Shown here in pieces: positions 24,937-32,000 of a stretch of DNA of 32,000 nt (position 1 is its first letter; each line of letters begins with the position of its first letter). The stretch is from assembly GCF_001457615.1 (NCBI RefSeq), contig NZ_LN831024.1, forward strand, positions 3,150,001 to 3,182,000, read 5' to 3'. This DNA comes from Pseudomonas aeruginosa (GTDB lineage Bacteria > Pseudomonadota > Gammaproteobacteria > Pseudomonadales > Pseudomonadaceae). Under the pieces are notes generated by a model. It did no database searches and was not told the DNA's origin. It saw only the letters and a program-made list of their open reading frames with translations. The position numbers were made by a program, and so were the translations under genes.

Positions 24937-25489
24937 AGCCATCAACCGGATCCGCCGGCTGCTCCACGCGCACAGTCCGTTCGCCGAAGAGCCGGTCGAT
25001 TGCGTGCAGTGGGTGCGTGCCGAGCGCGTCGCCGGCAACGACTACAACCCCAATACCGTCGCGCCACCGGAGATGCGACTGCTGAGGCTGTCCATCGAGT
25101 CCGACGGATTCACCCAGCCCATCGTCGCCTATCCGCAGGCCGACGGGCGCTACGAGGTGGTCGACGGCTTTCACCGCCTGCGCGTGGGCAGCGCCAAGGG
25201 CGCGCTGCGCCAGCGTCTGCACGGCTACCTGCCGATCGCCGCGATACGCGCCGGGCGTGAAGGCGACAGCGAGCGCATCGCCGCCACCATCCGCCACAAC
25301 CGAGCACGCGGCGTGCACGGCGTATTGCCGATGACGGCGATCGTGGTGACCCTGCTCAAGGCCGGCTGGAGCGAGGCCGACGTGGCCCGCGAACTGGGCA
25401 TGGACAATGACGAGGTGCTGCGTTTCAAGCAGGTTTCCGGATTGCCCGAGCTGTTCCGCGAACACGTGTATTCCCGCTCCTGGGAGTAG
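24854..25489 (+). CDS. cgrC: CgrC: ParB-like (IbrB-like) regulator
   Basis: VAPPEMRLLRLSIESDGFTQPIVAYPQADGRYEVVDGFHRLRVG is ParB-N-like; a C-terminal HTH-like MTAIVVTLLKAGWSEADVARELGMDNDEVLRFKQ follows. Overlaps cgrB by 83 nt. Confidence 0.93.
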   Translation: MAQTKTLTERAEALFGELHGLPLAERIEAINRIRRLLHAHSPFAEEPVDCVQWVRAERVAGNDYNPNTVAPPEMRLLRLSIESDGFTQPIVAYPQADGRYEVVDGFHRLRVGSAKGALRQRLHGYLPIAAIRAGREGDSERIAATIRHNRARGVHGVLPMTAIVVTLLKAGWSEADVARELGMDNDEVLRFKQVSGLPELFREHVYSRSWE

Positions 25490-25524
25490 CGGGCGGCGCC
25501 GTCGGCCGCACCGCTCGCCCAGGC

Positions 25525-26979
25525 TCAGGCCGCGCCGGTGGTCAGGCTGATGTGCTTGTATTCGACGAAGTCGTCCAGGGCGGCGACCCCGTTCAGCCGG
25601 CCGAGGCCGGACTGGCGGTAGCCGCCCTCCTCGAATTCGTCGTAGACCTTGGCCCAGTCGTTGATCCACACGGTGCCGGCGCGAATCTTCCGCGCCACCC
25701 GGAAGGCACGCGCGACATCGCGGGTCCAGACCCCGGCCGCCAGCCCGTACTCGCTGCGGTTGGCCAGGGCGACGCCCTCCTCCTCGTGCTCGAATACCTG
25801 CAGGGTCAGCACCGGTCCGAAGGTTTCCTGTTGCACGATGTCCAGGTCCGGATCATCGACCTCCAGCAGGGTCGGACGGTAGAAGGCGCCGGCCGCCAGC
25901 TCGCCCTCGGTTACCGGGCCGCCGCGGACCACCACCCGCGCGCCGGCGGCGATGGCCTGGCGTACGGCTCGCTCGACGCGCTCGACGTTGGCCTTGTCGA
26001 TCAACGGCCCCATGTCGCTGCGCGGGTCCGCCGCCGGCCCCACGCGCAGGTTTTCCAGGCGCTGCGCCAGGCGTTCGCGTAGCCGTTCGGCAACGCCGCG
26101 CTGCACCAGCAGGCGCGAACCGGTCATGCAGAACTGCCCGGCGAACACCGTCAGCGACTTCTCCAGCACGGGCAAGGCGGCGTCCAGGTCGGCGTCGTCG
26201 AACACCAGGTGCGGTGTCTTGCCGCCCAGTTCCAGGCCGAAGCGCTTCAGGTGCCGCGCGCCGGCGGCGGAAATCGCTCGGCCGGTGGCGCTCGAGCCGG
26301 TGAAGCTGATCACCGGCACCTCGGCCGCGTCGATCAATCGCCGGGCGCCTTCGGAACCCGATTCGCTGAAGATGTTCACCGCCCCGGCAGGCAGCGACGG
26401 CGCTTCGGCGATGATCCGCGCGACCATGGCGTTGGTCTGCGCGGTCTGCCCCGGCATCTTCACCACCGTGGTGGTACCGGCGGCCAGCGCCGGCGCCAGG
26501 GAGCGGATCATCAGCACCACCGGTGAATTCCACGGCACGATGATGCCGGCGACGCCCATCGGCTCGCGCAGCACCAGCGACACCACGTCGGGGCGCGGCG
26601 TGCCGCTGGCGCCCCGTTCGCTGCGCGCCAGGCCGGCGTAGTAGCGCAGCTTGCCCGGCACCATGCCGACCTCGAAGGCAGCCTCGGGCTTGATCTTGCC
26701 GTTCTCCAGGGCAAGCAGGTCGATCAGCGCATCGGCATGCCGCTCGAAGGCCGCGGCGATTTCCTCCAGGGCTGTCGCGCGCAGCGCGTGGTCGTCCTTC
26801 CAGGGACCATCTTCGAAGGCGCGCACAGCGGCGGCGATCGCCGCGTCGGCCTCGGCCCGCCCGCCGTCGGCGTAGGTGCCGATCGGCTGGCCGCTGGCGG
26901 GGTCGAAGGATTGTCCCCGCTGCGCGGAATCGAGCCATGCGCCGTCGATCCAGTGTCTGGCGTGTCCGTTCATCTGCAA
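25525..26979 (-). CDS. NAD(P)-dependent aldehyde dehydrogenase
   Basis: GIIVPWNSPVVLMIRSLAPALAAGTTTVVKMPGQT; FELGGKTPHLVF; catalytic Cys in GQFCMTGSRLLV. Confidence 0.95.
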   Translation of the reverse strand: MQMNGHARHWIDGAWLDSAQRGQSFDPASGQPIGTYADGGRAEADAAIAAAVRAFEDGPWKDDHALRATALEEIAAAFERHADALIDLLALENGKIKPEAAFEVGMVPGKLRYYAGLARSERGASGTPRPDVVSLVLREPMGVAGIIVPWNSPVVLMIRSLAPALAAGTTTVVKMPGQTAQTNAMVARIIAEAPSLPAGAVNIFSESGSEGARRLIDAAEVPVISFTGSSATGRAISAAGARHLKRFGLELGGKTPHLVFDDADLDAALPVLEKSLTVFAGQFCMTGSRLLVQRGVAERLRERLAQRLENLRVGPAADPRSDMGPLIDKANVERVERAVRQAIAAGARVVVRGGPVTEGELAAGAFYRPTLLEVDDPDLDIVQQETFGPVLTLQVFEHEEEGVALANRSEYGLAAGVWTRDVARAFRVARKIRAGTVWINDWAKVYDEFEEGGYRQSGLGRLNGVAALDDFVEYKHISLTTGAA

Positions 26980-26994
26980 GTTCTCCTGGGTCGG

Positions 26995-28632
26995 TCAGGC
27001 GATGCGCTGCGCGAGGTGCTCGGCAACGGCGATGGTGGTGATGTTGGTGGCCACCGAAATGGCATCGGGGAAGATCGAGGCGTCGATCACCCGCAATCCT
27101 TGCAGGCCATGCACCCTGCCCTCCAGGTCGACCACCGCCCAGCGCTCGCCGGCGCGGCCCATCGGCGCGCTGGAGGTCGGGTGGTGGTAGGTATCGAGGG
27201 TGGCGCGGATCGCCGCTTCGATCTGCGCATCGCTGCGTGCCTCGGGCCCCGGCCCGAGTTCGGCGTGGATCAGCCCGGCGAGCGGTTCGCTGCGGCCTAT
27301 CCGGCGCGCCAGCTTGACCCCTTCCAGCAACCGCGCGCGGTCTTCGGCCTCGGCGAGGAAGTTCAGGTCGATCAGCGGCGCGACGGCCGGGTCGCGGCTG
27401 GCCAGGCGCACACTGCCCAGCGATTGCGGCCGGGTCAGGGCCACGGCGAGGACGAAGCCGACCCCGGTCGGGCTCATCTCGGCGGGGAACAGGTGGGTGG
27501 CGGTGATGTGCAGGTCCAGCTCGCCGTTCTGCGCCCGCGAGCTATGGGTCCAGAGCTTGGCGCCGATCACCGGCGACTGCGCGCCGATGCGCTCCGGCCG
27601 GGCGGCATAGGCGTTGTAGTAGAACGGATGGTCCTTGAGCCGGCGGCCCACCGGCAAGTCGGCAAGCAACGGGATCGACAGCGCCTTCAGCTCGTCGGCC
27701 GGGCCGACACCGGAGCGCAGCAGGATCGCCGGGCTGCCGTAGGCGCCGGCGCTGAGGATCACTTCGCCGGCGTGGATTTCCTCGCCGGAGGCCAGGCGCA
27801 CGCCCACCGCGCGCTTGCCTTCGAAGAGCACCCGGTCGACCAGCGCGTCGCCGCGGATCGACAGGTTGGCGCGAGCGCGCACGGCGTTGTCGAGGTAGGC
27901 CATGCCGGTGTTGACGCGCACACCGTTGACGACATTCATCGGGTACGGCCCGACGCCGTTGGCGTCGGCGCCGTCGAAATCGGCGATGGCCTTGAAACCG
28001 TTGGCCAGGGTGGCGTCGACGAAGGCCCTCTGCATCGGCGAGAGATCGGCGCGGCTCAGTTGCCGCACCGGCAGCGGTCCGTCCCCGCCGTGCAGGGCCG
28101 GGTCGCCGCCCTGGCGGGTCTCCAGGCGGCGGAACGCCGGCAGCAGGTCGTCGTAGGACCAGCCCGGCAGGTTCCAGCGGGCGAAGTCTTCGCGCCGCGC
28201 GCGGATCGCCACCGCGCCGTTGATCGCCGAGCTGCCGCCGAGGACCTTGCCGCGGATCGCATGGATCGGGTGCCCGATCGCCCCCGGTTGGGACTGGTAG
28301 CCCCAGTCGCTGGAGGGGTCGCCGCCGACGCTGTCGCTGCTGGCGATGATCCTGGGGTAGTCCCAGGCCGGATAGGCCTGGCCGGCTTCCAGCAACAGTA
28401 CCCGGCGGTCGCCGCGCTCGCTCAGGCGCCGGGCGAGGACCGCGCCGGCGGAGCCGCCGCCGACGATCAGCACATCGATCCTGCCGCCATCGAAGGCCTT
28501 GCGGGGCGTTTCCGCCGTGGCGCTGGCCACGCCGGGCGCGCCGCCGAGCAGCGAGCCCAGGGCGAGCGCGGCGGAGCCGGCGACGGTCTGCGCCAGCAAG
28601 GTGCGGCGCGCCGGGTTTTCGGGTTGGTGCAT
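26995..28632 (-). CDS. GMC-family FAD-dependent oxidoreductase with twin-arginine-like leader
   Basis: NPARRTLLAQTVAGSAALALGSLLGGAPG leader; FAD motif DVLIVGGGSAGAVLARRLSERGDRRVLLLEAG; GMC signature GKVLGGSSAINGAVAIR; C-terminal HPTSSAPMG...GLRVIDASIFP. Confidence 0.95.
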   Translation of the reverse strand: MHQPENPARRTLLAQTVAGSAALALGSLLGGAPGVASATAETPRKAFDGGRIDVLIVGGGSAGAVLARRLSERGDRRVLLLEAGQAYPAWDYPRIIASSDSVGGDPSSDWGYQSQPGAIGHPIHAIRGKVLGGSSAINGAVAIRARREDFARWNLPGWSYDDLLPAFRRLETRQGGDPALHGGDGPLPVRQLSRADLSPMQRAFVDATLANGFKAIADFDGADANGVGPYPMNVVNGVRVNTGMAYLDNAVRARANLSIRGDALVDRVLFEGKRAVGVRLASGEEIHAGEVILSAGAYGSPAILLRSGVGPADELKALSIPLLADLPVGRRLKDHPFYYNAYAARPERIGAQSPVIGAKLWTHSSRAQNGELDLHITATHLFPAEMSPTGVGFVLAVALTRPQSLGSVRLASRDPAVAPLIDLNFLAEAEDRARLLEGVKLARRIGRSEPLAGLIHAELGPGPEARSDAQIEAAIRATLDTYHHPTSSAPMGRAGERWAVVDLEGRVHGLQGLRVIDASIFPDAISVATNITTIAVAEHLAQRIA

Positions 28633-28709
28633 GGGGTTCTCCCGTATCCAGATCGATTGACGGGAGCAACGCTATGCCCGGCGCGCCCTCGGCGACAGAC
28701 AGCGGAAGG

Positions 28710-28736
28710 CGAACCGCTGGTTCGGTTTTTCCGAAC
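28710..28736. promoter_or_regulatory. Alternating inverted repeats upstream of the GMC oxidoreductase gene
   Basis: CGAACC-GCT-GGTTCG and overlapping GTTCGG-TTTTT-CCGAAC between the LysR stop (28737) and the GMC ATG (28632). Confidence 0.5.
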
Positions 28737-29669
28737 TCAGCCCGGCGGCAACAGGCCACGCTCGATGAGCGCGCGGTCCCAGGGTGCCGGATCGCCGATT
28801 TCCTCTTCGAGGAACTGGCCGAGGACGAGGATCTTCCGGGGCGTCCGTTGGGTCTTGCGGTAGACCACGGAAACCTGCCCGCCGTCCGGCGAGTAGCCAG
28901 GCAGGACCGGCAGCAGCTCGCCGGCCAGCAAGGCATCGGCGGCCAGGAAGCTCGGCAGGATCGCCAGGCCGAGCCCGGCGCGCGCACCTTCGAGCAACTG
29001 GTGCCCGGAGTCGGTGCGCATCCTCACCCGGATGCGGAACGAGGCCGGTTCGCCGTCCACCGGCAGACAGAGCATGCCGCCGGGCTCGCGGTTGTAGTAG
29101 ACCAGCCCGTCGTGCGCCTGTAATTCCTCGGGATGCTGCGGCACGCCATGCCGCGCCAGGTAGTCGGGACTGGCGCAGAGCAGGTGGCGGTTGGCGGTGA
29201 TCGGCCGCGCCACCAGGCAGGAGTCGTCCAGCCGGCCCATGCGCAGGGCCATGTCGAAGCGCGGTTCCTGGAGGTTGACGAAACGATCGTCGGCCTGCAC
29301 GTCCACCCGCAATTGCGGATGGCGCTCGGCGAAGCGCGCCAGCAGCGGCGCCAGGTAGCGCGGAGTGAAGGCCAGCGGCGCGGAGAGGCGCAACTGGCCG
29401 CGCAGGTCGTCATCGGCGTCGAGCACCGAGGCTTCCGCCTGCTCCAGCTCCTGTAGCAGGCGGCAGGCATGTTCGTAGTAGGTGCGACCGGGGTCGGTGA
29501 GGCTCAGCGGCCGGGTGCGGTTCAGCAGCACCCGGCCCAGGCGCCTCTCCAGTTGCTGGATACGCTGGCTGACTTGCGACTTGGTGGTGCCCAGGCGGCG
29601 GGCGGCTTCGGAGAAGCTACGGGCGTCAACCACGCTGACGAAGGTGGTCATTTCGGCAAACTTGTTCAT
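28737..29669 (-). CDS. LysR-family transcriptional regulator
   Basis: N-terminal HTH TFVSVVDARSFSEAARRLGTTKSQVSQRIQQLERRLGRVLLNRTRPLSLTDPG; 310 aa. Confidence 0.95.
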   Translation of the reverse strand: MNKFAEMTTFVSVVDARSFSEAARRLGTTKSQVSQRIQQLERRLGRVLLNRTRPLSLTDPGRTYYEHACRLLQELEQAEASVLDADDDLRGQLRLSAPLAFTPRYLAPLLARFAERHPQLRVDVQADDRFVNLQEPRFDMALRMGRLDDSCLVARPITANRHLLCASPDYLARHGVPQHPEELQAHDGLVYYNREPGGMLCLPVDGEPASFRIRVRMRTDSGHQLLEGARAGLGLAILPSFLAADALLAGELLPVLPGYSPDGGQVSVVYRKTQRTPRKILVLGQFLEEEIGDPAPWDRALIERGLLPPG

Positions 29670-29705
29670 CGGTGTCCTTCTGCGATCCGCCCCCGCGGCC
29701 CCCGA

Positions 29706-30842
29706 TCATACGCTTTCCGCCGCCGCTATCCGCGCCTCGGCGACCCGGCGTAGGCGGTGCATGGACTCCTCCGACTCGCGCTCGATGCGCCGGCGCAGCA
29801 GGAACAGGTTGGCCAGGCGCATTGACCAGCCATCGAAGCGGTATTCCAGGGTGCGCACGAAGCGGGTGCCGGCCGCGCTCGGCTGGCATTCGTAGCTCAG
29901 GCGCAGGTGCAGGCCGTGGTCGCCACGGGCGTTGGCGCGCCAGAGGCGGCCCGGCTGGTACTCGACCACCGTCCAGGACAAGTGCCCGGCGCGGCCGCCG
30001 GCGTGGATGTCCTCCTCGAAGCGCGCGCCGGCCGGCAGCGGGCCCGAGGCGCCGTCGACCCGCAACGACGAGGGATGCCATTCCGGCCAGAGTGCCGGGC
30101 TGGCGGCGTAGGCGAGGGTCGCCTCGGGCCCGCGGGCGATCTCGATTCGGTGCTGCATGCGGGTCATGGCGCGCTCCTCGGCGGGTTCCGCTTCCCAGTG
30201 GAGGGTGCCGTAGCACCAGTCCATCAACGGGAAGACCAGGTTGAAGTTGTGCGTCTGCATCAGCTCGCGACGGTGATGCAGTTCGTGCAGGCGGCGCATG
30301 TGGCGGATCCACGGCAGACGGCTGAGCGGATGCTCCGGCGGCAGGTGTTCGCAGGCGTGGAAGATCTCGTAGCTGAGGTAGCCCAGCAGCAGGGTCGCGG
30401 CGAACAGCGCGGCGAGGTTGTCGTTCAGCAGGCCGAGCAGGCTCCAGGCGAGCAGCGCGCCGAGGCTGAAGACCACCACCAGCCAGGCCGGGAACAGGAT
30501 CACCCGCCAGTCGCGTGCCTGTTCGTAGCGCATCTGGCCGGCGACGAAGAAGCTGTGGTGGTCGCCGGTATGGCGCTTGTAGAACATCCGCCCCAGCGGG
30601 TGCTTGTGGTGGCCGAGGGACTTGTGGATGCGGTACTCGCCCCAGTTGAAGAACACCAGCGCGGCCGGCACCGTCAGCCATTCCAGCAGGCTCGGCTGCT
30701 CGAGCCGGGAGAGGAAGAAGACGATCCAGGCGCCGCCGTAGGCGAGGACGAAGCCGGCGTGCAGCCAGGGGTTGTAGCCGGGCCGGATGGCCGCGCGGTA
30801 CTGCTGGCGAAAGGGTTGGGGATCGAAGGACATGGTCGGCAT
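29706..30842 (-). CDS. Fusion: fatty-acid-hydroxylase-superfamily membrane domain plus C-terminal SRPBCC/polyketide-cyclase-like domain
   Basis: Histidine boxes HKSLGHHKHPLG, HTGDHH, HACEH, RRLHELHHRR and TM helices, then a soluble segment RIEIARGPEATLAYAASPALWPEWHPSSLRV...RFVRTLEYRF resembling SRPBCC. Confidence 0.82.
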   Translation of the reverse strand: MPTMSFDPQPFRQQYRAAIRPGYNPWLHAGFVLAYGGAWIVFFLSRLEQPSLLEWLTVPAALVFFNWGEYRIHKSLGHHKHPLGRMFYKRHTGDHHSFFVAGQMRYEQARDWRVILFPAWLVVVFSLGALLAWSLLGLLNDNLAALFAATLLLGYLSYEIFHACEHLPPEHPLSRLPWIRHMRRLHELHHRRELMQTHNFNLVFPLMDWCYGTLHWEAEPAEERAMTRMQHRIEIARGPEATLAYAASPALWPEWHPSSLRVDGASGPLPAGARFEEDIHAGGRAGHLSWTVVEYQPGRLWRANARGDHGLHLRLSYECQPSAAGTRFVRTLEYRFDGWSMRLANLFLLRRRIERESEESMHRLRRVAEARIAAAESV

Positions 30843-30930
30843 CTCGCGTGTGATTGTTATTGGCTGGGCCGCGAACCGGGCCGATCCGCCGGGGCGGAAG
30901 GGCTTGCATTCGAGTGTAGCGATGCCAGTC

Positions 30931-30949
30931 TTATCAGGGTAATGGATAA
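30931..30949. promoter_or_regulatory. LysR-type operator candidate (ATC-N9-GAT)
   Basis: TTATC-AGGGTAATG-GATAA in the divergent promoter between the hydroxylase fusion (start 30842, -) and LysR (start 30968, +). Confidence 0.55.
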
Positions 30950-30967
30950 ATAGAATGAGGATTATTC

Positions 30968-31873
30968 ATGAAGCTGAACTTGCAGCAGCTCGACCTCAAC
31001 CTGCTTCTGGTCTTCGATGCCCTGATGCGCGAACGCAACCTGTCGCGCGCGGCGATCCGCCTGCATCGCAGCCAGCCGGCGGTGAGCAACGCCCTCGCCC
31101 GCCTGCGCGAGCAGCTCGACCAGCCGCTGTTCCGGCGCACCGCCAAGGGCCTGGAACCCACCGCCGCCGCCCTCGCCCTGTACGTGCCGGTGCGCCAGGC
31201 CCTGCATCTGCTGCAGGCCGGCCTTGGCTCCCAGGAAACCTTCGATCCGCACACTGCGCGGACCTTTCGCCTGACGATGAACGACTATGCCCAGTTGCGC
31301 CTGCTGCCGGGCCTGGTGACCCGCCTGAAGACCCTGGCCCCGCGGGTGACGCTGGAGGTACGTCCCGACGAAGGCGCCTCGATCCCGGCGCAACTGGCCA
31401 GCGGCGAACTCGACCTGGCGATCGACTACCTGTACTTCGACGAGCCCGAGCTGGCCTACCGGCCGGTCGGCGAGGAACGCCTGGTGGTGATCGCCCGGCA
31501 GGGCCATCCGGCCTTCCGCGGCGGCCTCGACCGCGCGGCCTACGAGGCCGCGCAGCACGTCTCGATCCTGCCGCGGGTCGGGCGCGGCAGTCCGCTGGAG
31601 ATCGTCCTCGGCTCGGCCAGGGTACAGCGCCAGGTGCAATTGCTGGTGCCTCACTACCTGACCATCCCGGCCATCGTCGCCAGCACCGAGCTGCTCGGCA
31701 CCGTGCCGCGCCGCCTGGCCGAGCGTTTCGCCGGCAGCCATGGTCTGCAACTGGCGGACGTCCCCTTCGAGATGGCCCCGGTGCAGGTCAACCTGATCTG
31801 GCATCGCCAGCAGGAAGCGACGCCCGGCCTGCAATGGCTGCGCGAGCAGATCGTGCAGATCGAACAGGGCTGA
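30968..31873 (+). CDS. LysR-family transcriptional regulator (NodD-like subfamily)
   Basis: LQQLDLNLLLVFDALMRERNLSRAAIRLHRSQPAVSNALARLREQLDQPLFRRTAKGLEPT; 301 aa, preceded by AATGAGG. Confidence 0.96.
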   Translation: MKLNLQQLDLNLLLVFDALMRERNLSRAAIRLHRSQPAVSNALARLREQLDQPLFRRTAKGLEPTAAALALYVPVRQALHLLQAGLGSQETFDPHTARTFRLTMNDYAQLRLLPGLVTRLKTLAPRVTLEVRPDEGASIPAQLASGELDLAIDYLYFDEPELAYRPVGEERLVVIARQGHPAFRGGLDRAAYEAAQHVSILPRVGRGSPLEIVLGSARVQRQVQLLVPHYLTIPAIVASTELLGTVPRRLAERFAGSHGLQLADVPFEMAPVQVNLIWHRQQEATPGLQWLREQIVQIEQG

Positions 31874-32000
31874 GTCGCAGGTTGCGCGCCAGGATCAGTC
31901 TTCCGTCACTTTCGATCATTGAGCGAGGCCTTTCCCGCGACCTATGGTGAGGCTGCGCCCCGCTGCCGGCCCCAGGCCGCCCCGGGGATACAGTCCAGCA

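Noticed and set aside
26737-28863. Plus-strand ORF (708 aa) opposite the GMC/ALDH genes
   Set aside because: Antisense shadow ORF in high-GC DNA.
1-32000. CRISPR arrays, tRNA/rRNA genes, IS elements or prophage
   Set aside because: No repeat-spacer periodicity, tRNA-like gene, transposase/integrase or phage structural protein was recognised by eye. A tRNAscan/ISfinder run was not possible.

Overview
This is a continuous, gene-dense, high-GC chromosomal segment with the codon bias and gene content of Pseudomonas aeruginosa. The species and locus equivalences are recalled from memory, not searched. The first half is a stress/stationary-phase island on mostly the minus strand: MgtC-family protein, KatE catalase (HPII with DJ-1-like tail), KGG-repeat stress protein, glycogen phosphorylase, DUF2513-like protein, SDR oxidoreductase, stand-alone CinA-C/PncC domain, metallothionein, LigD, degenerate receiver protein, YetF/DUF421 protein, CPA1-type antiporter and DUF4142 protein. 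The middle is the chaperone-usher fimbrial operon cupA1-A5, ending in a translationally coupled EAL-domain protein. Divergent to it is the overlapping trio cgrA-cgrB-cgrC (PP-loop PAPS-reductase-like, GNAT, ParB-like), the known phase-variation regulators of cupA. The right end holds an aldehyde dehydrogenase, a GMC oxidoreductase with a Tat-like leader, a LysR regulator, a fatty-acid-hydroxylase/SRPBCC fusion and a divergent LysR regulator. The strongest 'system' candidate is cgrABC: the genes are known, but the chemistry and the role of CgrB are open as far as I know. Sequence structures that may be undescribed are: (1) three tandem dyads in the 853-bp cgrA-cupA1 intergenic region; (2) two strong hairpins between cupA1 and cupA2; (3) an 11-bp perfect stem between the KGG gene and katE; (4) an unlisted 44-aa Cys-rich ORF overlapping the mgtC-like start by ATGA; (5) a nod-box-like ATC-N9-GAT site before the last LysR gene; (6) alternating dyads upstream of the GMC gene. 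I recognised no tRNA, rRNA, CRISPR array, IS element or prophage.
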